A DNA stretch of 64,000 nucleotides from Sphyrna mokarran (Eukaryota): the NCBI GenBank assembly GCA_024679065.1, contig JAGIQG010000009.1, positions 111,414,001-111,478,000 on the forward strand, in the 5' to 3' direction. Positions within the stretch are counted from its first letter, which is position 1. Each line of letters opens with the position of its first letter. A model generated the notes under the pieces. That model searched no databases. It saw only the letters and a list, made by a program, of their open reading frames with translations, and was not told the DNA's origin. Below are positions 50,390 through 61,145 of this stretch, one piece after another. Both the position numbers and the translations under genes were made by a program.

Positions 50390-51245
50390 ACCCTCACAGT
50401 GCTGCCCGCCCAGCCCAGGACCCTCACAGTGCCGCCCACCCAGCCCAGGACCCTCACAGTGCCGCCCGCCCAGCCCAGGACCCTCACAGTGTCGCCCCCA
50501 GCCCGGGACCCTCTCAGTGCTGCCCGCCCAGCCCGGGACCCTCACAGTGCTGCCCGCCCAGCCCACGACCCTCTCAGTGCTGCCCACCCAGCCCGGACTC
50601 TCACAGTGCTGCCCGCCAACCCGGGACCCTCTCGGTGCTGCCAGCCCAACCCGGGACCCTCACAGTGCTGCCCACCCAGCCTGGGACCCTCACGGTGCTG
50701 CCCGCCCAGCCTGGGACCCTCACGGTGCTGCCTGCCCAGCCCGGCACCCTCACAATGCTGCCCCACCCAGCCCGGCACCCTCACGGTGCTGCCCACCCAG
50801 CCCAGGACCCTCATAGTGCTGCCCACCCAGCCCGGGACCCTCACAGTTCTGGCCCGCCCAGCCCAGGACCCTCACGGTGCTGCCCGCCCAACCCGGGACC
50901 TTTACAGTGCTGCCCGCCCAGCCCAGGACCCTTACAGTGCTGCCCACCCAGCCCGGGACCCTCACAGTGCTGCCCGCCCAGCCCGGGACCCTCTCAGTGC
51001 TGACCCTCCAGGCCGGGACTCTCACAGTGCTGCCCGCCCAACCCGGGACACTCTCAGTGCTGCCCGCCCAGCCCAGGACCCTCACAGTGCTGCCCGCCCA
51101 GCCCGGGACCCTCTCAATGCTGCCCGCCCAGCCCATTACCCTCACAGTGCTGACCCTCCAGGTCAGGACTCTCACAGTGCTGCCCGCCCAGCCCGGGACC
51201 CTCACAGTGCTGACCCTCCAGCCCGGGACCCTCGCAGCACTGTCC
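50390..51245. repeat. About 30-bp minisatellite CCCTCACAGTGCTGCCCGCCCAGCCCGGGA in the last TRIM intron
   Basis: Direct periodicity; shares the CCTCACAGTGCTG core with the 15-mer satellite. Confidence 0.93.
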
Positions 51246-51719
51246 TTCCAGCTGACCCCCCCAACCCACACAGCCCAATCGCTGCCCCCACAAACAATTC
51301 CCAGGCCAGCCCTGACCCCCTCTTCCAATCCGAGATGCCCCGAAATCCAGCCCACTGCTGGCAAACCTCCCCCCAATTCCTCCCTAGGGTCAGATTCCAC
51401 CCCCACCTCCACCTGAGACAGTCCCCCTCCCAGCAAACCCCTGTCCTCCCCTCCTCCCCACCCCCTGCCAGCCCACCCAACTGATGCCCTCCATCCATCC
51501 CAGACTGATCACCATGCAGAGTAGCAACAGGACGCCCTCCCACCCACCCCCCCCAACGATCACCCTTAGCCCCACTCACAACAGGCCTCTCCCCCTTGGC
51601 ACTTCCTTACAGGCAGTGCCCAGGTGCACCCTGGGGGGTGGGTACTTTGCCCCCTTGGCAGTGCCAGGGACACAGGCTGGCACTGCCAGAGTGCCCAGGC
51701 CAAAGGGGGTATCATTGCC

Positions 51720-52730
51720 CGCTGTTCGACTTCATTTGGAATACTGTGTCCAGTTCTAGTCTCCTTACTACCGGAAGGATGTGGAGACTCTGGAGAGAGT
51801 GCAGAGGAGGTTTACCAGGATGCTGCCTGCTATGGAGAGTCTGAGTTATGAGGAGAGATTAGGCAAATTGGGACTGTTTTCCTTAGAAAGGCGTAGACTT
51901 AGAGGAAATCTGATAGAGGTGTACAAGATTTTGAAGGGGATAGATAGAGTAAACAGTGTTAAGCTTTTTCCTAGGATGGACTCAAATAGCACGAGGGGTC
52001 ACGGGCTTAAGGTGAGGGGGATAAGGTATAATTTGGATGCTAGAGGGAGTTTTTTCACACAGAGGGTGGTGGGGATATGGAATGCGCTGCCAAGTAAAGT
52101 GGTGCAGGCAGATACTCTGGAGTTATTTAAGAAATATTTAGATGGGCACATGAACAGAATGGAAATGGAGGGGTATAGAAAACTGATTTAAAATAGGGAT
52201 CATGAGCCTTGGGAGTCCCTGGGAATGTGTAAATAGATGATGATATTGATGTACTTGTTTTTATCCTACAGGTGCTTTGGTCCACCTTGTTGTCTAACGA
52301 GGGGCATACACGCGATGGGTCGTGAGAGGGCTGCTCTTGGATTTTTTTCGAGAGTATCCTAGTGCTTCACGTCGTTAGTGTACGCTTGACCTGGACCATT
52401 TGATGGGCAACACGACAGCTCAGTGACTATCGCTGTGCTGTGCAGATACATGGATTTGGGCCTGTGTCTGTGGGAGTTTGCACATTCTCCCCGTGCTTGC
52501 GTGGGTTTTCTCCGGGTGCGCCGGTTTCCTCCCACATCCCAAAGAGGTGCTCTTAGGCTAGTTGGCAAAACAAATTCTCCCTAAATTGTCTCAAATTTGG
52601 TTTTTAATCCATAGATCATGTTTATAGGGATTGCGGGTAGAGGTGGGAACATCGGGGTGGCGGCGCGGGCTCGTTGGGCCAAAGGGCCTGTTTCCCGTGC
52701 TGTTTTGTTCTTTGTTCTTTGTTCTAAACT
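51720..52730 (+). mobile_element. CR1 LINE 3' end with a long 3'UTR and (tttgttc)n tail
   Basis: ORF 51781-52191 LERVQRRFTRMLP...FFTQRVVGIWNALP; the UTR includes a SINE-like segment; tail tgttttgttctttgttctttgttc. Confidence 0.88.
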
Positions 52731-53716
52731 ACATTGAAAACACATTAAAAAGGGATTCGTATGATTTACCTGCCTTCCCACTGGCAGCATAGTCTGACTG
52801 GTGACTGTTCTCCAGCTCTGGGAGATGCATATGCATTCCCAGCACACATGGAAATCCTGGGACAAGGCCGGTGACCGAACAAAAAAGTTGTGACTCGAAA
52901 CGGGATAACGAGACCTATACTCCATTCCAATCTCAAAAGCTTTGCTTTGCAGAACGCTGCATTGAAACAAACTGAACTGGGGCCAGTAGAGGCGATGGCC
53001 TAGTGATATTGTCACTAGACTGGTGATCCAGGGTAACGCTCTGGGGACCCGGATTCGAATCCCACCGTGGCAGATGGTGAAATTTGAATTGAATAAAGCC
53101 CTGGAATTAAATTAATTCCTGATCACGACGAAGCTATTGTCAATTGTTGAGAAAATCCATCTGATTCACTGACGTTCTTTAGGGAAGGAAATCTGCCATC
53201 CTTACCCGATCTGGCCTACATGTGACTCCAGAGGCACAGCCATTGTCATCAGGGATGGGTAACTCAGCTCAAGGGGCAATAAGGGATGGCAATAAATCGG
53301 TAAGGTGCCCACATCCTGTAAATTAACTTAAAAAGACTAAAGGTTTGATTCTGGGATTCACGATCCATCATCATAGAATCACCGCTTTGCAGTAGGAGGG
53401 CCATTCGGCCCATTGAGTCTGCACTGACAACAATTCCAGGCTTGTCCCACTAATTCCTCTAAGCTGGGATACTAAGGGGCAATTTAACACGGCCAATGCA
53501 ACTAACACGTATATTTTCAGACTGTGGGAGGAAATCGGAGCACCCAGAGGAAACCCACGCAGACACGGTGGGAACGTGCAGACTCCACACAGACAGGGAC
53601 CTGAACCTGGGCCCCTGGCTCTGTGAGGCTGCAGTGCTAACCACAGTGTCACCCATATGACGAGCTCTCTGTGACGAAGTAATTCACATGTCAGTCTCTC
53701 ACTCTCTCGATTCCAG

Positions 53717-54261
53717 TTCCCAGGTGCCTGACCCTGGATCCAAACACAGCGCATTCCTGGCTGATCCTCTCAGATGACCTGACCAGCGTGAGATACGGAG
53801 ACCGAGGGCAACTGCTTCCCGAGACGCCGGAGAGGTTCTACCCGTGCGTCTGCGTCCTGGCCTCCGAGGGGTTCACGTCGGGGAAGCACTACTGGGAGGT
53901 GGAGGTGGGGGAGAGCACCGAATGGGACCTTGGGGTGGTGGCAGAGTCCATCAACAGGAAGGGGGACATCACGGCCACGCCGGAGGCTGGCTACTGGATC
54001 ATGTGGCTGAGGAGGAGCGAGTACAAAGCTGGTACTCTGCCTCGCACCATCCTGACCATCAGCGTCAAACCCAGCAAGATCGGAATATACTTGGACTACG
54101 AAGAGGGGCAGGTGTCGTTTTACAACGCGGACAACATGCTTCACCTCCACACTTTCAACGACGTCTTCACGGATCGTCTTTATCCCTTCTTCAGTCCCTG
54201 CCTGAACAGTCAGGGAGCGAACTCCCAACCGCTAAAGATCTGCTCCGTCAAAGGTCATTAA
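53717..54261 (+). CDS. TRIM coding exon 6: PRY-SPRY (B30.2) domain
   Basis: ctcgattccag|TT. Motifs LTLDPNTAHSWLILSDD, PERF, GFTSGKHYWEVEV, WDLGV, IGIYLDYEEGQVSFYN, LYPFFSP; TAA at 54259-54261. The six exons total 1473 nt (490 aa plus stop). Confidence 0.95.
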
Positions 54262-57200
54262 TCACCACACACCGTGTTTCTTGTCCTTTCTCTTTCTGTT
54301 CAAATACTGCCCTTAAAATTCTTATCGCCCGATGGACAGCTGAAGGATTGAGCATAACTCAGAGTTCCCAGAATGGAAAGACAGCAATAAAAATGGGAAA
54401 TGGAAATATTGGTCCGACTTGCTTGTTATTTCCCCGTTTTGCTGTTTTGTTCCTGTCTGACAAAACACCCTGGCACAGCGGGTTAGCACCTCTGCCTCAC
54501 AGCGCCAGGGATCTGGGTTCAATTCCCGGCTTGGGTCACTGCCTGTGAGGAGTTTACACATTCCCCACCCCCCTGTTTGCGTGTGTTTCCTCTCACACTC
54601 CAAAGGTGTGCAGGCAGAATGGATTGGCCATGCTAAATTGCCCCTTTGTGTGCAAAGATGAGCAGGTTAGGTGGATTGGCCATGCTAAATTGTCTCTTAG
54701 TGTCCAAAGATGTGCAGGTTAGGTGGATTGGTCATGCTAAATTGTCTCTTAGTGTCCAAAGATGTGCAGGTTAGATGGATTGGTTATGCTAAATTACTTC
54801 TTAGTTTCCAAAGATGTGCAGGTTAGGTGGATTGACCATGTTAAATTGTCTCTTAGTGTCCAAAGATGTGCAGGTTAGGTGGATTGGTCATGCTAAATTA
54901 CTTCTTAGTTTCTAAAGGTGTGCAGGTTAGGTGGATTGACCATGCTAAATTGTCCCTTAGTGTCCAAAGATGTGTAGGTTAGATGGATTGACCACGCTAA
55001 ATTGTCCCTTAGTGTCCAAAGATGTGAAGGTTAGATGGATTGACCATGCTAAATTGTCTCTTAATGTCAAAAGGTTAGGTGGATTGGCCATGCTAAATTA
55101 TCCCTTCTAATATCCCTTTATAATGTCAGGGGGATTGACAGGGTAAATACAGGGGGTTATGGGGATGGGTGGGATTGTTATCGGTGCAGTCTTAATGGGC
55201 TGACTGACCTCTTTCTGCACTGTAGGGATCCTATGATTCAATGAACATGCCATTTAATAGGGCAGGAAAGGCAGGGTATCGGATGAATGGAAGGCAGAAG
55301 TGCTCACTGCTCGCTTGATTCCACACTGTCACAGCTTCCTCTCTTAAAAATTACCCTCCTCACATAAATCAAAAACAGATCAGTAAATGTGGCGGGGGGG
55401 GGGGGGGGGGGGGGGGGGGGTGATGGCATCGTAGTGTTATCACTCGACTATTAACCAGAAGTTCAGCTAATGTTCTGAGGACCTGGGTTCGAATCCCGCC
55501 GTGGCAGACGGTGGAATTCAAATTCAATGGAAAGAGAATCTGAAATTAAGAATCTACTGATGATCACGAATTGATAGTAGGAAAAACCCATCTGGCTCCC
55601 TTTAGGGAAGGAAATCTGCCGTCCTTACCAGGTCTGGCCTACATGTGACTCTAGAGCCACAGCAATGTGGTTGACTCTCAACTGCCCTTCAAGGGCAACT
55701 AGGGATGGGCAATAAATGCTGGTCCAACCAGCGACTCCCATGTCCCAGGAATGAATTTTTAATAAGCGAAGCACTGGTAGAACCAAGATCTATTGCCCAT
55801 CACTAATTGTCCTGTCCCAATAAGTGAGCTGTTCGGTTGTCAAGATGGTGGCTGATTGACCTGCTCCAGAGGGTAGTTAGGAGTTAGCCATGTTATTGAG
55901 AGTCTGAAATGGCAGAGAAAGACCAGATAGGTAAGGATTTGTAAGATCAGCTTAATGATACAATGGTTAGCACTACTACCTCACAGTACCAAAGACTTAG
56001 TTTCAATTCCAGCTTGGATCACTATCAGTACAGAGTCAGACCCCCATTTGGGGCACTGTGAGCAGTTTTGGGCCTCTTATCTAAGGAAGGGCGTGTTGGT
56101 CTTGGAAAGCGTCCAGAGAAAGTTTACAAGAATGATCCCTGGAATGAAGAGCTTGTTGTATGAGGAACTCTGGATCTTATTGAAGTTTAGAAGGATGAGG
56201 GGGGATCTTATTGAAATTTACAGGATACTGCAAGGCCCTGGATAGAGTGGATGTGGAGAGAATGTTTCCACTAGTACGAAAAACTAAAACCAGAGGGCGC
56301 TACCTCAGATTGAAGGGACAATCCTTTAAAACAGAGATGAGGAGGAACTTCTTCAGCCAGAGAATCTGTGGAACTCTTTGCCACAGAAGGCTGTGGAGGC
56401 CGGGTCACTGAGTGTCTTTAAGACAGAGATAGATAGGTTCTTGATTAATAAGGGGATCAGGGGTTATGGGGAAAAGGCAGGAGAATGGGGATGAGAAAAA
56501 TATCAGCCATGATTGAATGATGGAGCAGACTTGATGGGCCGAGTGACCTCATTCTGCTCCTTTGTCTTATGATTCAATGAGCCTGCGCATTCTCCCTATG
56601 TCTGCGTGGGTTTCCTCCAAGTGCTCAGGTTTCCTCCCATAGCCTGAAAGATGTGCTGGTTAGGGGGCATTGGCTGTGCTAAATTCTTCCTCAGTGTACC
56701 CGAACAGGGGCTGGAGTGTGGCAACTAGGGGAATTTCACAGTAACTTCATTGCAGTGTTAATGTAAGCTAATAAACTTTAGCTTTTTGACTCCCTGACGT
56801 AAATATCTTTTCCCAACAATCGAGAACTCGGATGCTCACCGATCTGATGCCAGCTTTTTCTTTCTTTTTTAAATTACAGGTATATTTCATTAACGGAACT
56901 GAACTTCAGAGCTGTGTTTGGATTGGAATTGTTACCCACTGGAGCATTAATCCACGCCGCTCAATCACTCGTCCCGGTGATCTAACCGCTGTGTACTGAG
57001 CTGAACAGGGGTCACTGAAGAAGATTTGGAAGAAGACATGAACTTTCCACACTGATTCAGTGTGTTTTTCCAAGGTCACCCAGTGGGTTTTTGAATATCA
57101 AGGAAGCTGCGGAGTGACAAATCTAAAGGAATAACACAGGCACATTGACTGTAATGCATGAAATATAATTTAATGCAAAGCTCCCTCACCCTCAGATAAA

Positions 57201-59864
57201 AATATGGGCGGCACAATGGCGCAGTGGTTAGCACTGCTGCCTCACCAGGGACCCGGGTTCAATTCCAGCTTCGAGTCACTGCCTGTGAGGAGTCTGCACG
57301 TTCTCACCATGTCTGCATGGGTTTCCTCGGGTGCTCCAGTTTCCTCCCACAGTTTAAAGATGTGCAGGTTAGGTGGATTGGCCATGCTAAATTGCCCCTT
57401 AGTGTACAAAGATGTGCAGGTTAGGTGGATTGGCCATGCTAAGTTGCCCCATAGTGTACAAAGATGTGCAGGTTAGGTGGATTGGCCATGCTAAGTTGCC
57501 CCTTAGTGTCCAAAGATGTGCAGGTTAGGTGGATTGGCCATGTTAAGCTGCCCCATAGTGTACAAAGATGTGCAGGTTAGGTGGATTGATCATGCTAAGT
57601 TATCCCTTAGTGTCCAAAGGCGCTCAGGTTAGATGGATTGGCTAAGTTAAGTTGTCCCTTAGTATCCAAAGATATAAAGGTTAGATGGATTGACTATGCT
57701 AAATTGCCTCTTATTGTCCAAAGATCTGTAGGTTAGGGGGATTAGCCATACTAAATTGTCCCTATGTGCCCAAAGATGTACAGGTTAGGTGGATTGCCCA
57801 TGCTAATTGCCCTTAGTGTCCGGAGGATTAGCAGGGTAAATATGTGGGATTATGAGGATAGGACCTGGGTGGGGTTGTTGTTGCTGTAGACTCGATGGGC
57901 TGAATGGTCTCTTTCTGCACTGTAGGGATTCTATGATTCTAAACCTCTTTCAAACCAAGCAACGTGACCAAGATTTCAAACATGTGTTAATACCTTTTCC
58001 GATTGCATGTAAACCTTTATTTGTTCACTTTTCCTTGAAGTGTATGGTGCACTGGCTATATAAATACCTTATTGTTTTTGTCTAGACCTGTCACTATATT
58101 GTTAATGTGTAATAAATTTAGAATGTACGTTCAGTATTTGGAAGACAAGACCACATTTGTCAGACTTATAATTTTATTTAAGATTAAGTGAGCCCTCAAA
58201 GCACACAGAATTCGGAAACATTTGATTTGATTTGGTTTGGTTTATTTTTGTCATATGTATTAGTTTGCAGTGAAAAGTATTGTTTCTTACGCGCTATACA
58301 GACAAAACATATCGTATGCAGAGAAGGAAAGGAGAGAGTGCAGAATGTAGTGTCACAGTCATAGCTAGGGCGTTGAGAAAGATCAACTTAATGCGAGGTA
58401 GGTCCATTCAAAAGTCTGACAGCAGCAGGGAAGAAGCTGATCTTGATATGGTTGGTACATGATCTCCTGGCAGAAGAAAGTGGAAGAGAGAATGTCCGGG
58501 GTGTGTGGGATCCTTAATTATGCTGACTGTTTTGCCGAGGCAGTGGGAAATATAGACAGATTCAATAGATGGGAGGCTGGTTTGCATGATGGATTGGGCT
58601 ACATTCACGAGCTTTTGTAATTCCTTGCGGTCTTGGGCAGAACAGGAGCCCATCCCAGGCTGTGATACAACCAGAAAGAATGCTTTCTATGGTGCATAAA
58701 AGTTGGTGAGGGTCGTAGCCGACATGCCAAATTTCCTTAGGCTTTTGAGAAAGTAGAGGCGTTGTTGGGTTTTCTTAACTATAGTTATATAATAACAATT
58801 ATCTCAGTGATCAGTAGCTCCATTTGTGAATAAGAAGATCATTATAGACAACTTTGAAATCAGGGGGATGAGGTTGATCCAGACACATAGAGCACTATAC
58901 TAGATAGCTCAGCAATTCATATCCCTTTTTAAAAATAAGTAGTCTCTTAAGCGATTGTAACAAACCAAAAGTTCTTAGATTTGAATCCCGTAATTTCACA
59001 GTTGTATTCATTGGAAAGTCAGCTTTCAATACTCAGGTGTTAGCGGCTAAAAAGACCGAGATTGTTGAAGTATCTCAATGACTCTAAGTTAAGATATATT
59101 TCTATGACTCTACTGGCTCAATCCTTGAATTCTGGGGGGAAAAAGATTAATCCTGATGGCACATATTCTGAGTTAGTTCAAATTCGATTACAAGCGGAAA
59201 TCTTAATATGGAAAAAAAATAAGGAAGTGAATAAACTGGAGAACAGGTAAGACAGAAATAAAAACAATTTGTATTGAAAGAAGAGGAGAAAAGAAGTGAG
59301 AAGTGCAGAAACTTGAAGCAATTTCATTTGAACTCAACAGAGCTAAGGTTAATTCACACGTACAGGACTGGAACTAAAACTTGAGTGATTTAACTCCTGA
59401 CTTTCATTTGATGAGGAATTCCTTTTGACACGACTTTTTGCAACAACACAGGGATTCTTACAAAATCCCTGAACACAGTATCTACAATTTTTGTGGGTGT
59501 GGGAATGGGGATAAGGCCAAAACAGTGTTCACATATACACGTCTGGTCAAGGCAGCTGTTGAAGTCAAATTGCATCTCCAGGCATGTTTACCTTTAATTA
59601 GGTTTTGAGAATAGGATTAATGCTGTTTTGCTACAATTATATACGGTGTCGGAGAGGCCACAGCTGGAGTATTGGGTGCAGTTTTGGTGCCCTTATTTGA
59701 GGAAGGATGTCCTTGCTACAGAGGGAGCACAGCGAAGGTTTACCAGGCTGATTTCTGGGATGTCAGATCTCTCATATCAGGAGAGACTAAGTCAGTTAGG
59801 ATTATATTCACTGGAGTTTAAAAGAGTGAGAGGGGATTTCACAGAAACATATAAAATTCTAATA

Positions 59865-60435
59865 GGTTAGCACTCTGCCTCACAGTGTCAGGGATCCGGG
59901 TTCGATTCCCGGCAGCACAGTGGCACAGTGGTTAGCACTGCTGCCTCGCAGTGCCAGGGACCCGGGTTCGATTCCCGGCAGCACAGTGGCACAGTGGTTG
60001 GCACTGCTGCCTCGCAGTGCCAGGGACTCGGGTTCGATTCCCGGCAGCACAGTGGCACAGTGGTTGGCACTGCTGCCTCGCAGTGCCAGGGACCCGGGTT
60101 CGATTCCCGGCAGCACAGTGGCACAGTGGTTGGCACTGCTGCCTCGCAGTGCCAGGGACCCGGGTTCGATTCCCGGCAGCACAGTGGCACAGTGGTTAGC
60201 ACTGCTACCTCACAGTGCCATGGACCCGGGTTCGATTCCCGGCAGCACGGTGGCACAGTGGTTAGCACTGCTGCCTCGCAGTGCCAGGGACCCGGGTTCG
60301 ATTCCCGGCAGCACGGTGGCACAGTGGTTAGCACTGCTGCCTCACAGCGCCAGGGACCCAGGTTCGATTCCCGGCAGCACAGTGGCACAGTGGTTAGCAC
60401 TGCTGCCTCACAGCGCCAGGGACCCGGGTTCGATT
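59865..60435 (+). repeat. Tandem array of a 66-bp tRNA-derived SINE head (A and B boxes), about 8.5 copies
   Basis: Unit GCAGCACAGTGGCACAGTGGTTAGCACTGCTGCCTCGCAGTGCCAGGGACCCGGGTTCGATTCCCG; 22-aa periodicity in the ORF track. Confidence 0.93.
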
Positions 60436-60920
60436 GCTGGCTTGGGCCTCAGTCCATGTGGAGTCTACACATTCTCCCCGTGTTTGTGTGGGTTTCCTCC
60501 AGTTTTATTTTATTTATTTATTCACCACAAATAAGGCTTACATTAACACTGCAATGAAGTTACCATGAAATGTCCTCCCACAGTCCAAAGATGTTAGGTG
60601 GATTGCCCCTTAGTGTCAAAAGAAGTAGCTAGCGGCACGGGCTCGTTGGGCCGAAGGGCCTGTTTCCTGTACTGTTTTGTTCTTTGTTCTTTGTAAATGT
60701 ATGGCATTATGGGGATAGGGCCTGGGTGGGATTGTGGTCAGTGCAGACTCGAAGGGCTGAATGGCCTCCTTCTGCACTGAATGTTTCTATGTTTCTACAC
60801 AGGGTAGATTCAGAAAGAATATTTCTAATGGTGGGGGAGTCCAGACTAAGGGTCACAGTTTGAGGATAAGAGGTAAACCTTTTAGGACTTTTAGGACTGA
60901 GGTGAGGAGAAATTTCTTCA

Positions 60921-61145
60921 CCCCTACCCCAGTGTGGGGCGCAGTATTGTTAGCAGAGGGGAATCTGTGAGTGTGGGGATCCCTACCCCAGTGTGGGGCA
61001 CAGTATTGTTAGCAGAGGGGAATCTGTGAGTGTGGGGATCCCTACCCCAGTGTGGGGCACAGTATTGTTAGCAGAGGGGAATCTGTGAGTGTGGGGATCC
61101 CTACCCCACTGTGGGGCACAGTATTGTTAGCAGAGGGGAATCTGT
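60921..61145. repeat. 59-bp tandem repeat, about 3.8 near-identical copies
   Basis: Unit CCCTACCCCAGTGTGGGGCACAGTATTGTTAGCAGAGGGGAATCTGTGAGTGTGGGGAT. Confidence 0.9.

Noticed and set aside
50149-51484. Pro-rich 284-361 aa ORFs
   Set aside because: Produced by the 30-bp minisatellite and C-rich sequence inside a TRIM intron.
59865-60435. tRNA gene cluster
   Set aside because: The units are SINE heads identical in type to the dispersed SINEs, lack a full acceptor stem and terminator, and lead into a SINE body.
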